Notes: generated by a model from the sequence alone, not told the origin. Positions 8,972 to 17,956 are shown, counted from the stretch's first letter. The stretch: DNA of 64,000 nucleotides from Patescibacteria group bacterium (GCA_038064475.1 JBBTTA010000002.1:83195-147194); one strand, 5' to 3'. Translations and numbers: made by a program.

Positions 8972-9271
8972 GCTGTTGTATAAGGTATACGTCAGCGCTT
9001 CGGACTTACATGACCAGTCTTGGGCTCCCATCATCTCGACGGCGAGAAAAAGTAAGCAAGCTTCTTTTTTCTCTTCTCTCGATAACTACGCCCTGGGTCG
9101 CGTATCATCCTCATATGCTGACGTAAGAGTGAAGACCCTCTTTCCTCAGCGGCACTCCAAGCATATACCCCTCGCGCTCCCATTTTCGTCTTCTCGAGCC
9201 GGAAAATAAGCAAGCTTCCTTCCATCTCTCTAAAACGAAAACCGCGCTCGAGGTGCATGCAATACTCGTTT
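8972..9271 (+). mobile_element. Two tandem tRNA 5'-associated elements upstream of tRNA-CAT (8972-9116, 9117-9271)
   Basis: Units start with gctgttgta (variant) and gctgacgta (identical to tRNA nt 1-9); core of first unit nearly identical to the tRNA-Asp copy. Confidence 0.7.
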
Positions 9272-9345
9272 GCTGACGTAGCTCAGTTGGTTAGAGCGAG
9301 GGACTCATAAGCCCTAGGTCGCTGGTTCGATTCCAGCCGTCAGCA
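9272..9345 (+). tRNA. tRNA with CAT anticodon (Ile2 or elongator Met)
   Basis: GCTGACG/CGTCAGC acceptor, CTCATAA loop, GGTTCGATTCC; paired 1-72 so not the initiator. Confidence 0.9.
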
Positions 9346-9552
9346 CAAAATTTTTAGGCTGGAATCGAACCCGAGGGAATAAGACATGGGCTGGCGTAAT
9401 GACGCAAGACCGGCGTGCGACAACGTGAAGTTGGATCGCGAAGCTTTCAGTAAGAAAGTACTCGTGACCGAGGAAACCGTAGTTTTCCCTTGCCGACAGG
9501 CAGGGCGCACTCGCAAGTCTATATAAAAACAAATATCTCACTTACCCGTTAA
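9346..9552 (+). repeat. Composite of a tRNA 3'-associated element and a fragment of a third repeat family
   Basis: 9357-9371 is the exact reverse complement of T arm 9324-9338; gatcgcga...tcgtgacc hairpin; 9506-9550 matches 20266-20310. Confidence 0.62.
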
Positions 9553-9565
9553 ATAAAAAAGAGGC

Positions 9566-9949
9566 CTAACGGCCTCTTTTTTGTAACTCAGGAAGACGCT
9601 CCAGAAGCACCTTAAGAGGAACCGAACTACCAACACCCTTTACGATGTCGACCATACGGAGCAAATCATTCTCACTCAAGTTAATATCAGGGAGCATCAA
9701 CTTTCGCATACGAAGTTGTCGCATACCGAGAAGCAGTTCTGCGTCTTCTTGAGAGAGTTCACATATCGCCATCAGATTCGGCAACTTCTTCTTGGGAAAG
9801 TTCCGATGCGCACAGAGGATTGCGTTGTAGAACGCACCAATCTTCTTACCGTTTCCAAGTTCAAGAAAACGCGCAAACGCATCCCGTGTCATGCCAAGCT
9901 TTTCTCGAGCCCGCTCGAGAATGCGTCCCAATGTGTCGTATTTGGGCAT
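9566..9949 (-). CDS. Hypothetical protein with N-terminal XRE-like HTH
   Basis: LGRILERAREKLGMTRDAFARFL; GGAGG SD before the ATG at 9949. Confidence 0.6.
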   Translation of the reverse strand: MPKYDTLGRILERAREKLGMTRDAFARFLELGNGKKIGAFYNAILCAHRNFPKKKLPNLMAICELSQEDAELLLGMRQLRMRKLMLPDINLSENDLLRMVDIVKGVGSSVPLKVLLERLPELQKRGR

Positions 9950-10038
9950 AGAACCTCCACTGTCAAAAACATCTATTCTATATTGTAGCAAAGAATACTT
10001 GTTAAAAAGAGTCTCATGTTCTATACTCTTTGCTACGC

Positions 10039-10110
10039 AGCGGGGTAGAGCAGTAGTAGCTCGCAAGGCTCATAACCTTGAGGTCGCAGGTGCAATTCCT
10101 GCCCCCGCAA
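10039..10110 (+). tRNA. Initiator tRNA-fMet(CAT)
   Basis: AGCGGGG/CCCCGCA with 1-72 mismatch, GAGC/GCTC D stem, CTCATAA loop; atypical T loop TGCAATT. Confidence 0.87.
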
Positions 10111-10278
10111 CAATCGTTCGCCTAGTCCTATTGAAACGCACGGATAAAATCCTACTGGATTTTTCCTCGTACTCGCGCCGTCGCGCTCGCAAGTCGTTTC
10201 AAGAGGATAAGCTCACTTACACGTTCAATTCAAAGAAAATAACAGTGATTCGTGACCAAATTCCTGCCCCCGCAACAA
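10111..10278 (+). mobile_element. tRNA 3'-associated composite element with duplicated tRNA-fMet 3' end
   Basis: aattcctgcccccgcaacaa at 10094-10113 and 10259-10278, preceded by agtgattcgtgacc (identical to 8869-8882). Confidence 0.72.
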
Positions 10279-10312
10279 GATACAAAAAAAACGCCCCCAA
10301 GGGCGTTTTTTG

Positions 10313-11374
10313 TTATTCTTCCACTTGTGGCTTCTCAATCGAAAGTATTTCAATACCTCCTGTTTCTCCAGCAATACGAACAACGTCTTTGTCTATTTTT
10401 CCGAGTTCTTTATGAGCGGTATTGAAATGATTGACTGTTGTCCCAAGTGCGTTACCGAGTTTCAGCATAAATGCATTGTGATTAGCTATGTGACGACCAA
10501 GTTCCCCAACACGCTTCTGAATTTCTTTTGCTTGTTCCTCAATCTGTAGTCCACGGAGTCCCTGGAGCACCGTCTGGAGGTACGCAACAAATGTTGTTGG
10601 AGAAACAATAATAACTTTGTATTCTTTGTACGCTCGTTGGATAAGATTCGACTCTCCGTCGTCACCTCCCACAACACCAACTTTATTTGACAGTAAGTCG
10701 TAGTAAATACTTTCTGATGGAATAAACATGAACGCAAAGTCCATTGTATTTTCCGCAGGACGAATATACTTACTCGTTTCCTTAATACGCAGTTTTAAGT
10801 CATTAACAAATGCTTTCTCAAGTCGTATCTTTTCTTCTGCATCGCGCGATTCAATGAGCCGGCGATAATTTTCGAGAGAAAATTTTGAGTCAATAGGCAA
10901 AACTTTTTTGTCTCGGAGAAAGATTACCGCATCAACAATCTCACCGTTCTGGAAAGGATATTGCAGAACATACTGATCTGGCGCGAATATGTCTTGCAGA
11001 ACCTTTTCAAGATAATATTCACCAAGCGCCCCACGTTGCTTTGAATTTTGGAGAATATCTTGAAGACTTTGGAGTTGGTCAGCGAATGACACCACCTGTT
11101 TGTTTGTCTCATCAAGCTTTGTAAGACCTTCCGTCACCTCTTTTACAATGCGTGTCGATTCACCAAGCTGTGCGCGTATTGATTCATGCATCGTCTTCGC
11201 ATTCTCGCCCAACTTCATATCAACCGTGCGTGAAAGCTCATTAATTTGTTGCAATACGAGATCGAGTCCCTGCGATGGTTTCGTCTCTTCCTGTTTTTTG
11301 CGAAGGAAAAACCACACAACGCCTGCATTGAGCAAAACGATAAGTATCGCAAAAACGAGTGTCTCGGTATTCAT
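10313..11374 (-). CDS. rmuC: DNA recombination protein RmuC
   Basis: N-terminal TM, coiled coil, RGALGE, PIDSKF, FAFMFIPSE, VSPTT; start at MNTETL 7 nt after TATAAT. Confidence 0.92.
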   Translation of the reverse strand: MNTETLVFAILIVLLNAGVVWFFLRKKQEETKPSQGLDLVLQQINELSRTVDMKLGENAKTMHESIRAQLGESTRIVKEVTEGLTKLDETNKQVVSFADQLQSLQDILQNSKQRGALGEYYLEKVLQDIFAPDQYVLQYPFQNGEIVDAVIFLRDKKVLPIDSKFSLENYRRLIESRDAEEKIRLEKAFVNDLKLRIKETSKYIRPAENTMDFAFMFIPSESIYYDLLSNKVGVVGGDDGESNLIQRAYKEYKVIIVSPTTFVAYLQTVLQGLRGLQIEEQAKEIQKRVGELGRHIANHNAFMLKLGNALGTTVNHFNTAHKELGKIDKDVVRIAGETGGIEILSIEKPQVEE

Positions 11375-11445
11375 TAAAGCGATTATACCACGTGCCTCCG
11401 AGGTCCCTTGTGGTATCATACGAAGACTTATAAACACAAATATAT

Positions 11446-11901
11446 ATGTCACTGCATCAGAACATCAAAGAAAGTATCAAAGACGCCATGCGAGCAAAGG
11501 ACCAGACAAAGCTCATGGTTTTGCGAGCACTTTCAGCAGCATTTACGAACGAAGTGGTTGCTCTCAAGCGAAAGCCTGATGATGAGGTTACTGACGAGGA
11601 GGCACTCGTTGTCATCATGCGCGAAGCAAAGAAGCGTAAGGACGCCATTGAACAGTTTACTGCCGGAGGTCGCCCAGAATTAGCCGCGAACGAACAAGCA
11701 GAACTAGCTATTATTGAGACGTACCTTCCTGCTCAAATGAGCCGAGAAGAGATTGAGGCCGCAGTGATTGCAAAGAAAGAGGCTATGGGAATTACAGACG
11801 CATCACAGAAAGGACAATTCATTGGCGCTGTCATGAAAGATCTCAAAGGAAAAGCTGACGGAAAGATTGTTCAGGAAATTGTTGAAAGTCTTTTAAAATA
11901 A
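11446..11901 (+). CDS. GatB/YqeY domain protein
   Basis: AMRAKD..LR, KKRKDAIEQF..GGR..LA..E..ELAII..YLP. Confidence 0.93.
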   Translation: MSLHQNIKESIKDAMRAKDQTKLMVLRALSAAFTNEVVALKRKPDDEVTDEEALVVIMREAKKRKDAIEQFTAGGRPELAANEQAELAIIETYLPAQMSREEIEAAVIAKKEAMGITDASQKGQFIGAVMKDLKGKADGKIVQEIVESLLK

Positions 11902-11950
11902 ACAGGAGAAATAAAAAACCCCCCGCCGTACACACGGCGGGGTGTTTTTG

Positions 11951-12136
11951 TTAGCAAGGACTGCCTTCGCTCGTAATACAACCTGAGTACGATTCAATCA
12001 GCGTAGCCTCTTGTGACATTTGCTGTGTGCGAACATATTCCCCCACAACAAGCACAAGAAAGCTTGCAAGAAGTACAACAAGAAAAGAAACTGTGTTCCG
12101 GAAGAACGTCCGGTTAAAGAGCTCGCGCGCAGGCAT
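11951..12136 (-). CDS. Small single-TM hypothetical protein
   Basis: Hydrophobic segment VSFLVVLLASFLVLVVG; fills space before a terminator. Confidence 0.45.
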   Translation of the reverse strand: MPARELFNRTFFRNTVSFLVVLLASFLVLVVGEYVRTQQMSQEATLIESYSGCITSEGSPC

Positions 12137-12286
12137 ATATGAACATGATACACGCAGCACTACATGCGTAGCAAGAAGCTCTAGTACAAGGTTTAACCTT
12201 GTACTTTTGAAGCAACACCTCTATAAACAGAGGCGTCGCTTCGCTCAGACAAATCCTGCTTCGCACAAGGCTACGCAGGACAAACA

Positions 12287-12313
12287 AAAACCGCCCCCAA
12301 GGGGGCGGTTTTT
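12287..12313. terminator. Terminator of the S-layer-like gene
   Basis: aaaaccgcccc-caag-ggggcggtttt. Confidence 0.7.
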
Positions 12314-12358
12314 GCGAATTGACTCTATACGAGTAGTCGTATCCGAAACTAACTAATG

Positions 12359-14263
12359 TTAGTTGAGGACGTTGACTGCGTTCGTACGGTAGTCTGATTC
12401 AGGAAGTGCTGCTTGTGCAGTAGCTGCAGTATCAGCAATTCCTTCGAGACGGAAGTACACGTTCTGGAGAAGCACCTTGTATGACAATGGTGCGTTGCTA
12501 CCAGGGATGACGTCAACCGTAAGTGTGAACGTTTCTGTATCACCCTCACGAACCACCCATGCGCTGTCGTCTTCGTCAGCTGTCGAGTCGAGGTTTGCTG
12601 TCGTTGATGCTGCCGCAACAGTAACAATATCATTGTCGCCGTTGAGGAAGTCGAATGAGACACCCTCGCTTACCCAGCTTGTTGTTGAAGCAACTGCACC
12701 AAATGGGATGTAGAAGTCATCACCAAATGCTGTAACTTCGAACTCAAGCGTGTATGTTGCTTGGTCGTTGTCGTTGCCCTCAACTACTTCACCTGATGCG
12801 CTCATGTCGCCAGCTGCAAGTGAGACACCGTCCGTGCGGAGCGTGTGTGCATCACCTGTTGCTGAACCCTTGAGCTGTGAAGCTATGAGATCGTCAGCAC
12901 CTTCAGCTTCTATTTCGTCAACATCGTCTGATGTTACAGAGGCTGTAACTGTCATACCTGGGTTTCCACCAGTAAGTGCGTTGAATTCGAGTTGGAGTGA
13001 GACTTCAACTTCCTCACCATCTTCAACAACGAGTTCTTCGTTGTCAAAGTCGAATGTCAAACCACCGTCCAATGTTGTTGACGCTGTTAAGTCATCAAAT
13101 TCTTCGCCGTCGATAACGAGCATTGCGTCGTTAACGATTGCTGCGTATGTTGATGAAGAAACAATTACACGAAGTGGGAGTTCTGAGACTTCGATGTCGT
13201 TGTCCTCTGCTGCAAGAGTGAAGACAAGAACTTCCATCCAATCAGAAACTTCGTCATCTTCGAGTTCGAGTACAGTTGCGTCAGGGTTGTTGTCTGACTC
13301 AGAAACTGTGAGCTCTTCTCCTTCACCTGCAACGTCGATGTCGAATTCAACTTCGTCAGATGCGCCTGAGAGTGCGTCTGCATCACCGATAGTGTGGTCA
13401 ATACCCTCACCGTCGAGTGCGCGAACACCTTCTTCAGGTACCCAGACTGTCCATGCGACATCGCTATCGACGTCATCAATGTTGTTCTGAGTTCCAACCA
13501 TCACCGTAAATTCTGGTGATGAGTCTTCATCTACGACTGAGTCAACGTTCGTGAAGCGAATACGATATTCATCGTCTTCGTCCTCATCCCAGTTGTCTTC
13601 GTCGCTACCGTCAGCTGAGCCGACTTCGTCGCCGTCGAGCAAGAGAGTAATCTCATCGAATACTTCCCAAGGCTCTGTGTCGCCGTCAGCACCTGTTGAC
13701 TTGAACATAACGTCAACACGTTCAACTTCAGCGTCTGCTTCGTCAACGTCGAATTCGAAGTCCATGACTTCTGCTTCGCCGCCTTCTTCAACGTCAGAGT
13801 CATTGCCGCTTGAGCCTTCAAAGTTGTTGAGGTCTGACTCACCGCCTGAGACTGTGTCGCTGTCGCTGTCGCTGTCGTCATCAGTTGATGTTGTACACAT
13901 GCTGTTGTACTTAGCGCGTGAAATTGCGCCGAAGTAACCTGTTGCAGGTGCTACACCGTTAGCTGACTGCCATGCTGCGACTGATGCCTGTGTAATAGAT
14001 CCAAAGTAACCTGTTGCTGCGACCGAGAAGAATCCCTCCGCTGCAAGGAAATTTTGGAGTTCTGTAACGTCTGCACCCGATGCACCTACAGTGAGGTCAC
14101 GAGTGAATGCGAAACAGCTTGCTGATGAACCCCCGCTCAAGCCCTGGAGCTGTGCGAGAAGCGCATCAATTTCTGCCTGGAGATCCTCTACTGTTGCTGC
14201 GTGTGCTGGTGCAGACGCAACGAGAGCAAGAGCAACTGCCAAGCCGAGAATCAATTTTTTCAT
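12359..14263 (-). CDS. Acidic secreted surface/S-layer-like protein with peptidoglycan-binding domain
   Basis: Signal peptide MKKLILGLAVALA..AHA, FTRDLTVGASGADVTELQNFL..GYFGSITQA PG-binding motif, very D/E/T/V-rich; strongly biased codons. Confidence 0.8.
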   Translation of the reverse strand: MKKLILGLAVALALVASAPAHAATVEDLQAEIDALLAQLQGLSGGSSASCFAFTRDLTVGASGADVTELQNFLAAEGFFSVAATGYFGSITQASVAAWQSANGVAPATGYFGAISRAKYNSMCTTSTDDDSDSDSDTVSGGESDLNNFEGSSGNDSDVEEGGEAEVMDFEFDVDEADAEVERVDVMFKSTGADGDTEPWEVFDEITLLLDGDEVGSADGSDEDNWDEDEDDEYRIRFTNVDSVVDEDSSPEFTVMVGTQNNIDDVDSDVAWTVWVPEEGVRALDGEGIDHTIGDADALSGASDEVEFDIDVAGEGEELTVSESDNNPDATVLELEDDEVSDWMEVLVFTLAAEDNDIEVSELPLRVIVSSSTYAAIVNDAMLVIDGEEFDDLTASTTLDGGLTFDFDNEELVVEDGEEVEVSLQLEFNALTGGNPGMTVTASVTSDDVDEIEAEGADDLIASQLKGSATGDAHTLRTDGVSLAAGDMSASGEVVEGNDNDQATYTLEFEVTAFGDDFYIPFGAVASTTSWVSEGVSFDFLNGDNDIVTVAAASTTANLDSTADEDDSAWVVREGDTETFTLTVDVIPGSNAPLSYKVLLQNVYFRLEGIADTAATAQAALPESDYRTNAVNVLN

Positions 14264-14563
14264 ATGCTTGTTGTAATGTAATTCAAACGAATTACTACTA
14301 AATTGCTTACTAATAACTTTTTTATAAACTTTCACTATCTTCTTTACTTCCTGCGAACGGACGTACCTCACGCGGCACACCCGCTGCATGAAGAAAAGAA
14401 GCTAGTACCATGAAATCAATATCGGCTCACGATAATGTCGTCCTAGATTGGTGGACATCCGGAAAAAACTTTGCCAAGAGTGTTACAAATACCCTTGGTC
14501 TTTCAGTATAAAATTGACAAAGTGCTCCTCACGTACACATCGCCTTCGCGATATGTACGATAC

Positions 14564-14608
14564 AGTATAAAGACTCTCTCCTAAGGCTCCAAAACCTTTT
14601 GTGGATAA
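14564..14608 (-). promoter_or_regulatory. -10 box (TATACT) with perfect DnaA box TTATCCACA 30 nt upstream
   Basis: agtata at 14564-14569 and tgtggataa at 14600-14608. Confidence 0.55.
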
Positions 14609-14762
14609 ATGGTTTTTTGACCCCAAAAGAGTCTTCTCACTATACCAGAAAGCGCTGCTTTAGACAATCTTTTTGATGCCTTGGGGTATCGGGTATATAT
14701 AGGTTTTATCGCAAAATGTTACACAAAAACCCCATCTAAAATGAGGCGATCAAACCTTCTCT

Positions 14763-15497
14763 TTAGAGGAGGTATGTGGTCCAACGGCGTTCCCCTTTCT
14801 TCTTCACACGTCCTTTATCCACCAATTCATTTAGATCACGCTGAATCGTTTTCTCACTACAATCGGGAATTCCAGAAGATATGTCCTTTATCGTCGTTTC
14901 TCCCTTTTGTTTTAATATACCAATGATTGTTTCCTTTCTATCTTCATTTCCAGCTTTCTTTTTAGGGGCGTCGTCTTTTTGTTTTTTATAAAGGACATTT
15001 TTAGATATACGTCCTTTATCAAAATGTCCTTTAGAAATCCGAGGCATAAATACAGGCTTCAAAGGCTCTTCTTTTGGAGTGGACAATGGTGTATGGAAAA
15101 GTGTCGTTATATCAGACACAAGGTTTGTTAAACCTTTTGTGCCAAACTCCTCAAGAGTGTTAGAAAAGCGGATTATCTCTTCCAGAAGGACGTTTCTATT
15201 CATCTGTGAAATAAGGCCAGCACGTCCTCCTGTATCAATAAGGGACATTATTTCTTCGAGGGAGATCTGGATATCAAGAACAGTCTTTTTCTTGTCTTTT
15301 ACAAATGAAACGATTTCGGAAAAGATGTTCAGTGCTTTGTTTCTCAAATGTCCTTTAAGAGGCTCATTGTCTGATAGCAAGCCAGTCACCATATATAGTG
15401 CGCTTACAATCCTGCTTATTGCTTCGGTGGAAGAACCACCCCAAGAGTGGGTTGGGTTTAAACTGTCTTTTAGGATTATGTCCTTTTGTTCAAACAT
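14763..15497 (-). CDS. Helical-bundle N-terminus plus C-terminal DeoR-type HTH protein
   Basis: RKETIIGIL..TIKDIS...CSEKTIQRDLNELV..G.V.K.GERRWTTY. Confidence 0.8.
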   Translation of the reverse strand: MFEQKDIILKDSLNPTHSWGGSSTEAISRIVSALYMVTGLLSDNEPLKGHLRNKALNIFSEIVSFVKDKKKTVLDIQISLEEIMSLIDTGGRAGLISQMNRNVLLEEIIRFSNTLEEFGTKGLTNLVSDITTLFHTPLSTPKEEPLKPVFMPRISKGHFDKGRISKNVLYKKQKDDAPKKKAGNEDRKETIIGILKQKGETTIKDISSGIPDCSEKTIQRDLNELVDKGRVKKKGERRWTTYLL

Positions 15498-15555
15498 GTC
15501 CTAGAGATATGATTAAAGACATTTGAACTGTACTCTCGGACATTTAAAAAGACAA
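14808..15555. repeat. Dense cluster of A(C/T)GTCCTTTA motifs in and upstream of the HTH gene
   Basis: Exact copies at 14808, 14881, 14989(rc), 15009, 15024, 15348; variants at 15184, 15239, 15293, 15463, 15478, 15496, 15514, 15546. Confidence 0.75.
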
Positions 15556-15738
15556 GAAGAAAGCCAACCTATGAGAGTCCTTAAGACTCGTGTCAATGGC
15601 ACCTTTCCATGCACATAGATATTTTCTTTCTCTTTTGCGAGGTAGAAAGTTGTCCACAGTGGAATATTTATATTTCTTGATCAGCACTTTCTTTGTTTTC
15701 CACGTTGGTTTTAAGGAGTAAGGACTTATAATGGATGT

Positions 15739-17955
15739 ATGGCAAAAAAGAAAAAGAAGAACCGCGCTTTGACTGAAGAAACGGAAGAATCTGCCGGACG
15801 ACTTGGGCTCGCAAAGGACACTATCTACGCAGTGCTTTCTATTGTCTTTTTCGCTATAGCCCTTTTCTTCATTTTGGCCTCATTCGGTGTTGTTGGCATT
15901 GTCGGCACACACCTCCACAACGGCCTTTCAAAACTGCTTGGCCTCGGCTACTACCTCCTCCCCGCCCTCTTTTTTCTTCTTGGTATTTCGTACTTCAAAT
16001 CCCAAAAAACAAATCTTGCAATAACAAATGTGCTTGGCTCTCTCATGTTTTGTCTCTCAGGTCTTGGGTTGATTGAAATTATGGGTGACGGCATGGGAGG
16101 ACTCATCGGCGGATGGCTCGCACATCCTTTGAGCGCACTTTTTGATACCGCAGGAAGTGTTGTGTTTTTGATTGCACTCTTCTTCATCTCACTCCTTATA
16201 TTGGCAAACGCACATCCTGTTGCATCATTCCGCGCATGGAAGGAACGTAAAGAAGTGGAGCGTCTCGCGTGTGAAGCTGAAGAGGAAGATCTTGAACTCG
16301 CGGAATCAGAAGAAGATGATGTGGTGGTCAATCTTCCACAACACAATAGTGAAGAAGTTGCAGGAGCAGAAGCCCTCGAGTCAGCAGAAAAGAAAGGATT
16401 CTTTGGAAAGAAAAAACGTGATGACGAATCTGTTCCTGCATTCGCTCCGTTTCTTGCAAGCTTGAGCACATACACTCCTCCCCCACTTTCTATTTTTGCG
16501 AGAGATTCTGGAACACCTGGTGTTGGTGATATCAAAGCAAATGCAAACATCATTAAACGTACGCTCCAGAATTTTGGTATCGATGTTGCGATGGATGAAG
16601 TCTCAATCGGACCATCAGTGACTCGCTACGCAATGAAGCCTGCTGAAGGTGTCCGCCTTTCAAAAATTCTTGGTCTCCAGAAAAACCTTGAGCTCGCTCT
16701 GGCCGCTCACCCTGTTCGTATCGAAGCTCCAATTCCTGGTAAGGCGCTCGTTGGTGTTGAAGTGCCAAACTCTGCAAAGACTACGGTTGGTCTTTCAACC
16801 CTCCTCACGAGCCCTGACTATGCAGGATCGGATAAACCGCTCATGGTTGCCCTAGGTCGTGATGTTGATGGCAATGCAACATTTACCAACCTCGCCAAGA
16901 TGCCACACATGCTTATTGCGGGTGCTACGGGCTCTGGTAAATCAGTCACGATCCACGCCCTCATTAACTCACTTCTCTTCCGCAATGGCCCTGATGCGCT
17001 CCGTTTCGTCATGGTTGACCCAAAGCGCGTTGAATTGACGCTCTACAACGGCATTCCCCACCTTTTGACGCCAGTGATTACTGATCCAAAGAAAACAATC
17101 CTCTCTTTGAAGTGGCTCGTACATGAAATGGAACGACGCTATACCGTGCTTGAAGAAAAGCGTGTGCGTGATATTTCATCGTATCACTCGACAATTCTCT
17201 CTCCTGCACTTGAAAAATTAAAAAATAAAGGTGCCGACGAAGAGATTGAAACACCTGAGACAATGCCGTACATCGTACTTATCATCGATGAGTTGGCTGA
17301 CATCATGAGCACATACCCACGCGAACTCGAAGCAGGTATCGTGCGCTTGGCACAGATGTCACGCGCTGTTGGTATTCACCTTATTCTTTCAACACAACGT
17401 CCATCGGTAAACATCATCACTGGTCTCATCAAAGCAAACATTCCGGGTCGTGTCGCGCTTCAGGTATCATCACAAATCGACTCACGAACTATTCTTGATA
17501 CGTCAGGTGCTGAAAAACTCCTTGGTGCTGGTGACATGCTCTTCACTGCAGGTGACATGAGTAAACCAAAACGTATTCAATCAGCATTCATCACTGAAAA
17601 AGAAGTAAAGAAAGTGACTGACTTCTTGCGTAATCATGGTAACGACGATGCGTTCTTTGATGTTGCGATGGACCTTGACGCAATGAAAGGTGGCTCTTCA
17701 TCAAGCACGAATTTTGGTGGTGACGACGATGATATTGATGATGATCTTTTTGAGGAAGCCCGTGAGACGGTTATTCATGCGGGCAAAGCGTCAACATCAT
17801 ATTTGCAGAGAAAACTCCGTGTTGGGTATGCGCGCGCAGCGCGCTTGATGGATATTCTTGAAGAGCGCGGCATTATTGGCCCCGCTGACGGGGCAAAGCC
17901 CCGCGATATTCTTGTTGAGCACGGAGGTGCGACTGAAGGAGAAGATATAGCGTAG
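15739..17955 (+). CDS. ftsK: DNA translocase FtsK/SpoIIIE
   Basis: 4TM N-terminus, PHMLIAGATGSGKS, DPKRVEL, IDELAD, TQRPS, gamma domain STSYLQRKLRVGYARAA. Confidence 0.97.
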   Translation: MAKKKKKNRALTEETEESAGRLGLAKDTIYAVLSIVFFAIALFFILASFGVVGIVGTHLHNGLSKLLGLGYYLLPALFFLLGISYFKSQKTNLAITNVLGSLMFCLSGLGLIEIMGDGMGGLIGGWLAHPLSALFDTAGSVVFLIALFFISLLILANAHPVASFRAWKERKEVERLACEAEEEDLELAESEEDDVVVNLPQHNSEEVAGAEALESAEKKGFFGKKKRDDESVPAFAPFLASLSTYTPPPLSIFARDSGTPGVGDIKANANIIKRTLQNFGIDVAMDEVSIGPSVTRYAMKPAEGVRLSKILGLQKNLELALAAHPVRIEAPIPGKALVGVEVPNSAKTTVGLSTLLTSPDYAGSDKPLMVALGRDVDGNATFTNLAKMPHMLIAGATGSGKSVTIHALINSLLFRNGPDALRFVMVDPKRVELTLYNGIPHLLTPVITDPKKTILSLKWLVHEMERRYTVLEEKRVRDISSYHSTILSPALEKLKNKGADEEIETPETMPYIVLIIDELADIMSTYPRELEAGIVRLAQMSRAVGIHLILSTQRPSVNIITGLIKANIPGRVALQVSSQIDSRTILDTSGAEKLLGAGDMLFTAGDMSKPKRIQSAFITEKEVKKVTDFLRNHGNDDAFFDVAMDLDAMKGGSSSSTNFGGDDDDIDDDLFEEARETVIHAGKASTSYLQRKLRVGYARAARLMDILEERGIIGPADGAKPRDILVEHGGATEGEDIA

Positions 17956-17956
17956 T

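Noticed and set aside
8538-9271. tRNA upstream elements as T-box riboswitches or tRNA introns
   Set aside because: No T-box consensus or specifier loop seen, and the downstream tRNAs are complete without splicing.
12750-13937. Long + strand ORFs (246 aa, 128 aa) and similar antisense ORFs across the window
   Set aside because: Ser/Thr-rich shadows of the biased codons of real genes on the opposite strand.
14600-15710. Possible replication origin (DnaA boxes, repeated motif, AT-rich DNA)
   Set aside because: Only one perfect and a few degenerate boxes, no dnaA/dnaN nearby, and GC skew cannot be assessed from this window.
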